DNA from: a virus
Taxonomy: Duplodnaviria > Caudoviricetes
Reading direction: 5' to 3' (one strand)
Virus record (IMG/VR): IMGVR_UViG_3300024232_000021
Span: 1-44,553 of that record
Length of the DNA: 44,553 bases
Below, one piece after another: positions 1 through 8,152 of the stretch. The position numbers were made by a program, and so were the translations under genes. Numbering within the stretch: the first letter of the stretch is position 1; each line of letters opens with the position of its first letter. The notes below the pieces were generated by a model. The model searched no databases. It saw only the letters and a program-made list of their open reading frames with translations, and was not told the origin of the DNA.

Positions 1-148
1 CTCCGGCTCCGGTTATGGTTTTGGCTCCGGCTCCGGCTCCGGCTCCGGCGACGGCTACGGCTCCGGCGACGGCGACGGCTCCGGCTCCGGCGACGGCGAC
101 GGCGACGGCTCCGGCGACGGCTACGGCTCCGGCTACGGCTCCGGCTCC
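1..148. repeat. terminal redundancy with window end (44406-44553)
   Basis: 23-148 is identical to 44428-44553 (126 bp). 1-22 aligns to 44406-44427 with five C/T differences. Confidence 0.85.
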
Positions 149-202
149 GGCGACGGCTACGGCTCCGGCTCCGGCTACGGCTCCGGCTCCGGCTCCGGCT
201 GA
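2..202 (+). CDS. 3' part of glycine-rich (Gly-Ser/Asp/Tyr)n repeat protein, wraps from 44368
   Basis: Frame 2 reads GGC-TCC/GAC/TAC dipeptides to TGA at 200-202, continuing the ORF that starts at 44368. Confidence 0.7.
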   Translation, partial: SGSGYGFGSGSGSGSGDGYGSGDGDGSGSGDGDGDGSGDGYGSGYGSGSGDGYGSGSGYGSGSGSG

Positions 203-225
203 TCTCGATCGAGATCCAAGCAACC

Positions 226-254
226 GCCCTCCCTCTCGTGTCGAGGGGGAGGGC
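226..254 (+). terminator. 13-bp stem-loop, a terminator or an RBS-occluding hairpin
   Basis: GCCCTCCCTCTCG-TGT-CGAGGGGGAGGGC (one G-U pair). Lies near the end of the rightward operon; no U-tract. Confidence 0.4.
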
Positions 255-380
255 ATGACGATGCTCCCCTTCCCCGTCCTCCTCGGTGACACGATGCTGC
301 TCCTCGACGAGCTCGCCCCCGGCGTCTGGTGCTGGTGGCTCGGCGGCTTCCCGTGGCCCGCTCACCTCGGCAGGGCGTAG
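255..380 (+). CDS. small Trp-rich hypothetical protein (41 aa)
   Basis: GGAGG Shine-Dalgarno before ATG 255; MTMLPFP...WCWWLGGFPWPAHLGRA. Confidence 0.45.
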   Translation: MTMLPFPVLLGDTMLLLDELAPGVWCWWLGGFPWPAHLGRA

Positions 381-772
381 CGCGCCGACCTGGTGACGCC
401 ACCAAGGTGCCGGAGCGCCTTCCGGCCGACCAGGGCGTCGACGGCGCGGCCGAGACGCTTGCGGTCGATTCCCGGGAGCTTCGCGCGGACGTCGGCGAGC
501 TTGAGCTCGAGGCCCTTGCGAAAGAGCCCGAGGACCCGCGCCTCGAGGGCGGCCTTCTCGTCGGCGCCGAAGCGTGGCGTCCTCACGCGCCCCTGGAAGC
601 GCTTCCCGGCGCCGGGGGCACCTCGGCCCGCCCTCTTCCCCGCCGGCACGCGGACGCCGCCTCGGGCGGGCTCGCCGGTGGCTTCCCCCAGCAGGGCGGC
701 GATGCGGGCGAGGATCCGGGCCTCGGCCGCGGCGAGCTCCTCTTGAACGATCCGGGCAATCGCCGTGGGCAT
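362..772 (-). CDS. basic DNA-binding protein with C-terminal winged helix (nucleoid-associated-protein-like)
   Basis: N-terminal helix, K/R/G-rich linker, then VLGLF...LKLADVRAKL...LGRAVDALV...LRHLGGVTRSARY wHTH pattern. Confidence 0.6.
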   Translation of the reverse strand: MPTAIARIVQEELAAAEARILARIAALLGEATGEPARGGVRVPAGKRAGRGAPGAGKRFQGRVRTPRFGADEKAALEARVLGLFRKGLELKLADVRAKLPGIDRKRLGRAVDALVGRKALRHLGGVTRSARYALPR

Positions 773-839
773 TCCGCCCAAGCTCGCCCGGGGCCGGCGT
801 CCCGTCCGCTGGACAGGGGGTCAGCCCTGCGCGGGTGTC

Positions 840-1232
840 CTACTCACCGCCCTCGCGCACGGCTGGCATGCGAGGGTTTGACGCCTTCGTCTTCGTGAGC
901 ACCCGCACGTCAGCAGCGAGGCCCGAGACGGTGCCTGAGAGCGCCGAGACGATGTCGCGGATCTCCTCGGCGAGGTTGTCGAACTTCGACTCGATGCGCT
1001 CCTCGAGGGCCTCCATGCGGGTCTCGATCTTCTCGAGCCGACTGTCGCGCGAGCCGTCACCGTCCGTCGTCCGCTCGGCGGCACGCCGCTCGATCTCGGC
1101 GTCGCGCTCCTTGCTGTCTTTCTCGACGCGGGCGATCTCGCGCTTCTGTCCGCGCAGGTCGACGATCACGCCGCCGCACGCGAGCCCGAAGGCGAAGACG
1201 TTCACCACGGTCACCGCTTCGAGCAGGCTCAC
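840..1232 (-). CDS. N-terminal transmembrane plus coiled-coil protein, holin or spanin candidate
   Basis: GTG overlaps the endolysin stop. Hydrophobic AVTVVNVFAFGLACGGVIV is followed by a coiled coil. Confidence 0.55.
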   Translation of the reverse strand: MSLLEAVTVVNVFAFGLACGGVIVDLRGQKREIARVEKDSKERDAEIERRAAERTTDGDGSRDSRLEKIETRMEALEERIESKFDNLAEEIRDIVSALSGTVSGLAADVRVLTKTKASNPRMPAVREGGE

Positions 1233-2212
1233 GCTGCACCTCCACCGCCCTTGGGGTCCTCGCCGTTCCACGTCGCGTCGGGGTCCTCGACGGGGAGCTT
1301 GATCTGGGCGATGCGATCGCTGCTCTGCTTCGTCGGCACATCGGGGTTTGTGGAGGCCTCCGAGCGTTCGCGCGCGAGCTGCTCGGCGCGATCGGCGAAC
1401 CCGATGACGTTCGACGGCTTGACGTCGCGATCGCCGAGCTCGAGCCCCAGCTCCTTCGTGATCGCGCCGATGCGCTGGCCGCGGCACCAGGCGCGGAGCT
1501 CGGCGACGGTGCCGTCGAAGCGATCGAAGTCGGCGTCGACGCCCTGGGGCAGGACGAGGCCCTTGTCACCGTCGAACTGCCAGAAGTCGACGCGCTTGCC
1601 CTTCCACGGCGCCGCCGGGTCGAGCTGAGGGAGCGCGCGCATCGAGGCGATGTAGTCGGCCGACTTCTTCCCGCCGGGGCACACCGACCGGGGATAGGCG
1701 GCGTGGCAGTAGCTCCTCGAGGAGAGCACCGGCGCGTCGTAGCTGCCGACGGCCTCCATCCAGAAGTACTTCCCCGAGTACACGAGCACCCGCCAGCCGG
1801 AGAGGCGCTCGACCTCGAGGACGAACGCTGAGGCGCCCTGCACCAGGTCGCGGCCATGCACCGGGCCCCGCGGGTCGCTCCGGTCGTCGTCCTCGAAGTC
1901 GATCATCACCCCCATCGGGGTCGTAGCGCGCGAGAGTACGTGCTCGCCAACGAGATCGACCGCGTGCGCCGCCTGGCGGATCGGGTCCTGCCTCGGCTCG
2001 TACCAGTGGTAGCCGCCAACGAACTCGACCGCGGCGCAGGCCTCGCGGGCGTTGCGTTCGTACGACGAGTCGACGTGCTTCTCGCCCTGCGTCGCCTTCG
2101 GGATCACGAACTGAATCCCGTTCGCGACGAAGGTCGCGAAGTCGACGTTCGGGCCCTGCGCCGCGCTCAGGTCCGTGCCGAGGACACCGTCGACCTTCTG
2201 TGCGTTCGCCAT
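1229..2212 (-). CDS. endolysin, glycoside hydrolase family 25 muramidase
   Basis: GTDLSAAQG, FVIPKATQG, GGYHW, IDFE, FWQF and VDAD motifs typical of GH25. Confidence 0.88.
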   Translation of the reverse strand: MANAQKVDGVLGTDLSAAQGPNVDFATFVANGIQFVIPKATQGEKHVDSSYERNAREACAAVEFVGGYHWYEPRQDPIRQAAHAVDLVGEHVLSRATTPMGVMIDFEDDDRSDPRGPVHGRDLVQGASAFVLEVERLSGWRVLVYSGKYFWMEAVGSYDAPVLSSRSYCHAAYPRSVCPGGKKSADYIASMRALPQLDPAAPWKGKRVDFWQFDGDKGLVLPQGVDADFDRFDGTVAELRAWCRGQRIGAITKELGLELGDRDVKPSNVIGFADRAEQLARERSEASTNPDVPTKQSSDRIAQIKLPVEDPDATWNGEDPKGGGGAA

Positions 2213-2215
2213 CTT

Positions 2216-2224
2216 GTGGGCAAT
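2216..2224. promoter_or_regulatory. GTGGGCAAT motif overlapping an extended -10-like TGCTAGATT upstream of the endolysin
   Basis: Minus strand reads TGCTAGATTGCCCACAAGATG. One of about 10 exact copies of the motif. Confidence 0.6.
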
Positions 2225-2680
2225 CTAGCAGGACACTCCCGCTCGACTGCAACGCAGAGCCACCAGCGCAGCGCGCGCCGTGCAGGTGCCACCGGCGTAC
2301 GCACGGAGGCCGCCGGCGACGGAGCCGCACTGAGCAGCAGCGAAGCGCATCAGCTCGAGCCCCTTCGCGAGCGCGAGCCGGCGATCGCTTCGCAGCGCCG
2401 TGCAGGTGACGCCGGCGTAGTACGGGTTTTCCTGGAGTACTCCGCACGATTTGCCGCCGTCGCCCAAGGCGTTCTCGCGGCCGCCGGCTTCGTAGATGCC
2501 CCACACGATCAGGAGCCTGCCGGTCGCGACACGGCGCGCGAGCTCGTCGAGGCCGGCGAAGGGGAGCGGCTCCTCGACGGAGATCACCGCGGAGACGTCG
2601 GCAGCGAAGGGAATGACGTCGACCAGGTCGATGCGCGCGGGCGAGAAGCTGTGCGCGAGGAAGAAGAGTGGAGCGAGCAT
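2225..2680 (-). CDS. lytic transglycosylase / lysozyme-fold-like protein
   Basis: WGIYEAGG...ALGDGGKSCGVLQ...LRAYAGG resembles the SLT catalytic Glu and GxxQ motifs; hydrophobic N-terminus. Confidence 0.55.
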   Translation of the reverse strand: MLAPLFFLAHSFSPARIDLVDVIPFAADVSAVISVEEPLPFAGLDELARRVATGRLLIVWGIYEAGGRENALGDGGKSCGVLQENPYYAGVTCTALRSDRRLALAKGLELMRFAAAQCGSVAGGLRAYAGGTCTARAALVALRCSRAGVSC

Positions 2681-2732
2681 TGCCCCCAAGTGCCACGGCG
2701 CGCAGTCGTGGGCAATCTGATAGGTTCCGCGC

Positions 2733-2984
2733 ATGCACTACCGAAATGGACGTGAGGCGAAGAACGGCGACCGGGTCATCCAGCTCACTCACGAGGGCGG
2801 CAAGATCGCCAGCGTCGGCATCCTGCACGATGCGGTGCCGGGCAACGACTACTGCAACGGGTCGATCGCCCCCGTGCTCTCTCCGATGATCGCGAGCGCC
2901 TGCCTCATCGACTGCATCCACGCCGACGACCTCGCGGCGATCCTCGCCGAGAAGGGTCTCGACAAGCGCCCCGCCGGCAAGTAG
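2733..2984 (+). CDS. hypothetical protein (MHYRNGREAKNGD...)
   Basis: Clean ORF with good codon bias. TAGGTT lies 6 nt before the ATG, suggesting a leaderless transcript. Confidence 0.75.
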   Translation: MHYRNGREAKNGDRVIQLTHEGGKIASVGILHDAVPGNDYCNGSIAPVLSPMIASACLIDCIHADDLAAILAEKGLDKRPAGK

Positions 2985-2992
2985 TCGCGCCG

Positions 2993-3175
2993 CTAACCCG
3001 GCGGCGTCGGTGTCTTCGAGGACCTCGGCCCGACGATGCGTCGGAGCCGCTCGGCCTCGTCGCTGTGCACGTCGCCGTGCGCGATCGAAAGCCGAAGGAC
3101 CTTGCGGACCTTCTCCTCGCCCAGGAGCAGGACGACGTCCTCGAGCCACTTCGGCGTGACGGCGTCCTTGCTCAT
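2993..3175 (-). CDS. hypothetical protein
   Basis: ATG overlaps the upstream stop (ATGA); MSKDAVTPKWLEDVVLLLG. Confidence 0.6.
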   Translation of the reverse strand: MSKDAVTPKWLEDVVLLLGEEKVRKVLRLSIAHGDVHSDEAERLRRIVGPRSSKTPTPPG

Positions 3176-3363
3176 CGCGCGCGCACCGGAGCGCCGACGG
3201 CGGCCGCCAGCGCGGCGAGCATGAAGAGCGAGCGACCGCGAGGCCGGCCGCGCACCTGCAGATACCGCTCGTAGGCACCGGCCTCCCGCGCCGAACGGTC
3301 CTCTTCGGCCGAAGGGATCTTCCCCTCGGCCCTGAGTGCGCGGCGTCGCTTCGCCTCGCCCAT
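3172..3363 (-). CDS. hypothetical protein (MGEAKRR N-terminus)
   Basis: Tightly packed in the operon, with a hydrophobic C-terminus. Confidence 0.6.
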   Translation of the reverse strand: MGEAKRRRALRAEGKIPSAEEDRSAREAGAYERYLQVRGRPRGRSLFMLAALAAAVGAPVRAR

Positions 3364-3366
3364 CCG

Positions 3367-3609
3367 TCACTCGGGGCGCGGCGTCGCCGGCGGCGGGGGA
3401 TCGGTGTCTTCCTTCGCGACCTCGTCGGCGAGCTCCTGGCGGAGGCGTGCGACGCTCACGTCGGTCGGAAGCACAGGCCCGAGGATCTCGGCGACCCGCT
3501 GCCTCTTGTCAGGAGAGACCTCGGCGCCGAGCTTCTCGACGCCGGCGGCGACGGCCTTCGCGAAGAGATCCTCGCCGAGCGTCGCGATCAGCTGCAGGAG
3601 CCAGCCCAT
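3367..3609 (-). CDS. hypothetical protein
   Basis: TGATG coupling to the upstream lipoprotein gene; MGWLLQLIATLGEDL. Confidence 0.65.
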   Translation of the reverse strand: MGWLLQLIATLGEDLFAKAVAAGVEKLGAEVSPDKRQRVAEILGPVLPTDVSVARLRQELADEVAKEDTDPPPPATPRPE

Positions 3610-4136
3610 CAGGAGCCGCCTTTCGCAGGCAGCGGACAGCTCCCGCCGGCGATCGCCGCGATGGGCATGTTCAGCTTGATCGCCTGCTCGAGAATGGGTG
3701 GCGGCGTGCCGCCTGCCCGAGCGATGAAGTCGGCGAGATGTCGGAGGCCTTCGATCGCTGCGAGCGCGCCGCACGCGATCTTGCCGTCGACGATGGCATC
3801 CTTCGCATCGAGGCCAGCTTCGGTCGTGCGCAGGAGCTCGGCGACCGCGTGTGCTTCGTTGCTGCAGTCCTCACCGAGCTTCAGCGCGGCCGCGAGGCCT
3901 TCCTTCCGCGCGCTCGAGCCGGAGGGCTGCGCCTTGGCGTCTGCCTCGAGGACCTTCACGCGGGCGTCGCACACTTCGTTCGCGGTGTAGGTCGCCTTCG
4001 CTGCGAGGACGATGCCGCCGCGTGCCACCTCCGCCGTCATCTCGGCGACCGTCGGCGCGGCCGCGCCCTTGGCCGGCGAGCAGCTCAGGAGCAGCACCGC
4101 GATCGCCGTCAGGAGGCAAAGCTTCAGCGCGTTCAC
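3609..4136 (-). CDS. lipoprotein, possible spanin or lysis accessory
   Basis: Signal peptide with lipobox LLLSC; SD AAAGGGAG; helical body. Confidence 0.7.
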   Translation of the reverse strand: MNALKLCLLTAIAVLLLSCSPAKGAAAPTVAEMTAEVARGGIVLAAKATYTANEVCDARVKVLEADAKAQPSGSSARKEGLAAALKLGEDCSNEAHAVAELLRTTEAGLDAKDAIVDGKIACGALAAIEGLRHLADFIARAGGTPPPILEQAIKLNMPIAAIAGGSCPLPAKGGS

Positions 4137-4228
4137 GATGGGCTCCCTTTCGGCGTCGGGGCGAGCGTAGGGTCAGCCATGGCGAGAAGCTACCACGCGC
4201 TGTGGGCAATCCGCATAGACTCGCCGCC

Positions 4229-4507
4229 ATGGGATCCCGCAACCCCGACTCTCTCTCGAGCGCGCCGAGCTGGAAGACGTACACGCTCGCCGCCGCGAAC
4301 ATCGACTTCCTCGCGGACGGTGGTGGCCCCGTGCGCGCCATCCGCGCCGATGGCGCTGGCAATCTCGATCTCGTCCCGGCGTCGCCGCTCGATTCGCAAA
4401 CGAGCGACGTGACCCCCTTCCTCGCCGGCGAGCGCCAGGATGTGCAGGCGGTAAAGGTCATCGTCGCGACGTCGACGGCGGGCCTGAAGTTCACGGCCTA
4501 CTGGTGA
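4229..4507 (+). CDS. head spike base protein (RcGTA Rcc01079-like)
   Basis: VRAIRADGAGNL...VT.FLAG...VQAVKV.ATST...AYW matches the family pattern as I recall it; 92 aa. Confidence 0.65.
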   Translation: MGSRNPDSLSSAPSWKTYTLAAANIDFLADGGGPVRAIRADGAGNLDLVPASPLDSQTSDVTPFLAGERQDVQAVKVIVATSTAGLKFTAYW

Positions 4508-5235
4508 GCGTTCGACTCGGCTTCGGGGTCGGCGTCGGACGAAGGCGCGGCGTCGCATACTCGCCGGCGTCCGAGACGGGCCTGAAGCTTTGGATCGATG
4601 GGTCGACGGGGCTCACCGGGGGCGTCCCCACCGATCTAGGCCCTGGTGGTGTGGTCCTCTCGCAAGCGACGGCGGGGAAGCGCCCGACCATCGGCGTCGC
4701 GGATGCGGGCTTCAACAGCCGCGACGTCTTCGTTTTCGACGGCGTCGACGACTACCTCGACGTAGCGCTCGATCTCACGGGCCTCGCAAGCTTCACGGCA
4801 ATCGCCGCGCTGAAGGTCGCCGGCGGCTTCGCTGGCATCGGCGGCATCTTCCAGGACACGACGCCTTTTTCGAACACGCTTCTCGTGTGGAACGTCCCAC
4901 CCGTGGTGGTCGGGCAGTCGACCAACGGAAGCGACCTGCGCGGAGTCGCGATGGACCCGACGGCGCGCGCGAGCGTCTACTCGTCGACGCACGTCGCGGC
5001 GAGCGCGGCGGCCTACGCTCTCCGCGTGGACGGCACCGATCAGACGGTCTTGGACTACGGCGGAGCGATGACCAACACCGCTCTTGGGAACGGGTGCCGG
5101 ATCGGTGACTTCTTCGGGGGCGGCTTCTGCCTCCCGATGAAGCTCGGCGCGCTCCTCGTCTTCGCCCCAGCGATCTCGGGCGCGGCGCTCGCGCGCGTCG
5201 AGGCGTACCTCAAGGCGCGCTTCGCGACGCCCTAG
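4504..5235 (+). CDS. head fibre with LamG/ConA-like lectin domain (Rcc01080-like N-terminal anchor)
   Basis: N-terminal RLGFGVGVG anchor, then LKLWID, FDGVDDYL and VEAYLKARF LamG-like motifs; GTGA-coupled to 4229-4507. Confidence 0.7.
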   Translation: MSVRLGFGVGVGRRRGVAYSPASETGLKLWIDGSTGLTGGVPTDLGPGGVVLSQATAGKRPTIGVADAGFNSRDVFVFDGVDDYLDVALDLTGLASFTAIAALKVAGGFAGIGGIFQDTTPFSNTLLVWNVPPVVVGQSTNGSDLRGVAMDPTARASVYSSTHVAASAAAYALRVDGTDQTVLDYGGAMTNTALGNGCRIGDFFGGGFCLPMKLGALLVFAPAISGAALARVEAYLKARFATP

Positions 5236-5426
5236 TCGCTCTTCGGAGCGTGCGCGGCGCAGAAGTCGCTACCGGGGACCACTGGCGCTTGGCAACTTTC
5301 GAGGCAGACACCCGGGCCCCTGAGCCTGCGCGCGACGCGCAGCGCCCGAAGGCGCACGCACGCTCGGCAGAACGCCGACCCGGACATCGCCGGCTTGCCG
5401 CAGTCGGTGCAGGTTTCGTTAGCCAT
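5232..5426 (-). CDS. small double zinc-finger protein
   Basis: CTDC...FCRAC and CLESC...FCAAH. Confidence 0.6.
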   Translation of the reverse strand: MANETCTDCGKPAMSGSAFCRACVRLRALRVARRLRGPGVCLESCQAPVVPGSDFCAAHAPKSD

Positions 5427-5431
5427 GCGGC

Positions 5432-8149
5432 TCACCCGTCCTTCCAAAATACGACGTCGCAAGCGAGGCCATCGATCAGGGTGGGTGTGCCCACGTCCCC
5501 GAAGATGACGAAAAGGTCTGTGTCGCTGAGGTGATCGAACGTCACGACGCCGAGCCCTGCGCTTCCGATCATCGCGTGTGTGATGCGCGTCGTCGCGCCT
5601 GGCCACGACGGCTTGACGGCGTGGTAAACACCGGCCGCGTCGCGTGCTCCCGCGGTGACGGCCGCACCCTTCATGTTGGTGATGACGAGGCCGCCAGCCG
5701 TGCCGGTGAAGCGCGCGGAACCGAGCCGCTGCGGGTAGACCGGCGCGGCGTCCTGCAGGACGATCCATCCCGAGGTGCTCCGTTGCAGGAGGCACCAGGG
5801 GACCCCGCTCGCGCTCAACGTGATGAGCGGCGAGCCAGCCCACGTGAGCGTGAGCGAGTAGGCCGTCGCTGCTCCCTTCATGGAGAGCCGCATCAGGTGG
5901 CCAACGGGGGCCCCCACGGCGCTCAGTGGCGCGGTGCGATCGGCGGTGAGCCCGTCGACGAAGGCGGTCTCGCAGACGTTGACGACCGGGCGCACGACGG
6001 CCCCGCCGGTATACGCGCCGCCGCCGGTCGTGCCGTTCAAGGAAATGTGATCGGCATCGACGCGCGTCGCCGTGTAGCGCCCATCCGGCGCGCCGGTGAT
6101 CCCAGCAGCGACGAGGTTGGCGACATCGACGGGTGCGCCGGTGAGGAGTCCGTGCGCCGTCACCTTGAGGGCGATCGGCGTCGCCGCGGTCGCCTCCTCG
6201 ATGTCGAGCGGATCGGCGGGCGCGACCCCATACATGGCGTTGATGTTCATGTCCGCCGTCGCCTCGAGATAGGCGCGCGCGGCCGGCAGACGACGGTTGA
6301 TCAGGACGCCGTTCTCGTAGCCCATCGTGCGGTCAACGTGCGTGAGTGCGCCCGAGCCCGTGAAGCCGTGGCCGACGGTCAGGAAGGTCACCCCCTGATC
6401 GGCGACGAAGTACTTCCCGTGCACCGGCATCGGCGCCACGTCGATGTTTCCGCCCGTGCGCACGTTCCTCAAGACGTGCGGCTGCGTGCAAATGAGCTTG
6501 ATGGTTGATGCCGCGTTGATCGCGATGTCGTCCAGGGTGACGGTGCCCGCGACGCTCACGCCGGCGGTGCCCTGCACGACGTAGAAGTCGGCGTTGCACT
6601 GCTCGGTGTAGCCGCCCTTGAGCTCGCGCGGCTGCGTGTACGTGCCGACGTGGAAGCACGCGCCGATCGCCTCGATGCCGCCGAGGCCGGGGACCGTGTT
6701 GAAAGCGTAGGTCGTGCCGGTTTCGTAGGAGCCGCGCGCGGTGAAGGAGAACGCGAGTCCGGTGTCGGTCACGCCGTCGGCGGTGTCGACGAAGGGGACA
6801 TCGTCTGCGCTCGTGTGTGGCCCAGACCAGTGGGCGCCGCCGTCCGTCGTGTATCGATAGGTCGCTACGCCGGTGATCCCGTCGCTGAGGATCTCGACCG
6901 CGCCCGCGTAGGTCCCCGCCGGCGTCGCGCCATGCAGCGAGACGAGCGCGCCGGGCCCGACTTGCTGCATCTCGAGGCCGTAGTCGAAGAATTCGAAGTG
7001 CCGGAAGTTGATCCCGCCCTGCGACTCGTCGCTGATGCGCTCGGCACCCCACGCGAGGATGTGCTCGACGTGGATGTCGAACGCGTTGGAGTTGTAGTTG
7101 TAGAAGAGCGCGCCCGCGCGCTTGCTCGCGTCGAAGAGATCGCACGCGAGCGTCGGGCGCAGGATCCGGATGTTGCTGATCTCGAGCGTGCCGGCGAACT
7201 CGAACGCGCGTCCGGTGCCCTCGGCCATCCGGTGCACCGCGACGTCTTCGAAGAGAACGTCAGACGTGCCGTTGTTCATGCGCACCATGCGCCCTGGCAG
7301 GAAGTCGCCGTCGAGCGTGAGGTGCGAAAACTTGAAGCGGTAACCGGTGATGTCGAAGAGGGCGTCGGTGCCGGTGCGCAGTCGGATCGTGGACCCGATG
7401 AGGCCGTACTGCCCGGCGCGCCCTTCGCCGTGCATGTGCAGGCCGCTGTCCTCCTGCGCGAAGGTGACCAGATCGGTGAGGTAGACGCCCGCGGGCCAGA
7501 AGAGCGAGGCGCCGAGCACGCGCGCAGCGTTCTTCGCCTTGACGATCGCCGCGGTGTCGTTGGTGACGCCATCGCCCTTTGCACCGAACCACTTGACCGA
7601 GATCGGTCCGGTGTAGATCCGCTTCCATCGTCCAGCGTCGCTCGGCGTGAGCGTGTCTCGGATGCCCTCGATGACGGTCCCCGTGTCCGTCGGGTCCCAA
7701 GCCATGAAGCCGCCGGCGCCGTCGCCGATGGCACCGCCGTACCCCGAGAGAAGACCGGCCGCGCCAGAGGCCACCGAGAGGCCGAGCAGCGCCGCGCGCG
7801 AAGCCACGTGCGACAGGAGCTGCGCGACGCCGGCTTGCGCGTCGACGTACGCGCCGTTGGACACCAGCATGCCCCGACGCTGCCCCGGCGTGAGGGTGAC
7901 GCCCGTCCCTCCACCACGTGCGACGACGAGAACGTCCTGCGCGGTCTGATTCTCGACGGTGCGATCGTCGCCCTCGTCGCCCTCGATCACGACGGTCGTC
8001 GCCGCGCTCAGCGTCCCGGTGAGCTTGAGCAGCTTCGCGTCGATCGCGTCCGCGTCGTCGATCGTCTGAATCGCGACAGGCGAGAGAGCGACCGACCTTG
8101 AGCCGCCGAAGCGGAAGAGGCTGCCGAGAAAGCCGCGCTTCTTCGCCAT
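5432..8149 (-). CDS. tail spike / fibre with pectate-lyase-like beta-helix (putative depolymerase)
   Basis: GRWKR..ISVKWFGAKGDGVTNDTAAI...WPAGVY start of a beta-helix; later a TAHGLLTG...YTGG FCCH-like domain. Confidence 0.85.
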   Translation of the reverse strand: MAKKRGFLGSLFRFGGSRSVALSPVAIQTIDDADAIDAKLLKLTGTLSAATTVVIEGDEGDDRTVENQTAQDVLVVARGGGTGVTLTPGQRRGMLVSNGAYVDAQAGVAQLLSHVASRAALLGLSVASGAAGLLSGYGGAIGDGAGGFMAWDPTDTGTVIEGIRDTLTPSDAGRWKRIYTGPISVKWFGAKGDGVTNDTAAIVKAKNAARVLGASLFWPAGVYLTDLVTFAQEDSGLHMHGEGRAGQYGLIGSTIRLRTGTDALFDITGYRFKFSHLTLDGDFLPGRMVRMNNGTSDVLFEDVAVHRMAEGTGRAFEFAGTLEISNIRILRPTLACDLFDASKRAGALFYNYNSNAFDIHVEHILAWGAERISDESQGGINFRHFEFFDYGLEMQQVGPGALVSLHGATPAGTYAGAVEILSDGITGVATYRYTTDGGAHWSGPHTSADDVPFVDTADGVTDTGLAFSFTARGSYETGTTYAFNTVPGLGGIEAIGACFHVGTYTQPRELKGGYTEQCNADFYVVQGTAGVSVAGTVTLDDIAINAASTIKLICTQPHVLRNVRTGGNIDVAPMPVHGKYFVADQGVTFLTVGHGFTGSGALTHVDRTMGYENGVLINRRLPAARAYLEATADMNINAMYGVAPADPLDIEEATAATPIALKVTAHGLLTGAPVDVANLVAAGITGAPDGRYTATRVDADHISLNGTTGGGAYTGGAVVRPVVNVCETAFVDGLTADRTAPLSAVGAPVGHLMRLSMKGAATAYSLTLTWAGSPLITLSASGVPWCLLQRSTSGWIVLQDAAPVYPQRLGSARFTGTAGGLVITNMKGAAVTAGARDAAGVYHAVKPSWPGATTRITHAMIGSAGLGVVTFDHLSDTDLFVIFGDVGTPTLIDGLACDVVFWKDG

Positions 8150-8152
8150 GGC

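Noticed and set aside
1-22. Diversity-generating retroelement TR/VR pair
   Set aside because: The differences are C/T rather than adenine-specific, and no reverse transcriptase gene is present.
15-380. 121-aa Ala/Pro/Thr-repeat ORF in the track
   Set aside because: It is an alternative-frame reading of the GGC-NNC repeat. The Gly frame has a coupled start at 44368; only the 255-380 portion has its own SD.
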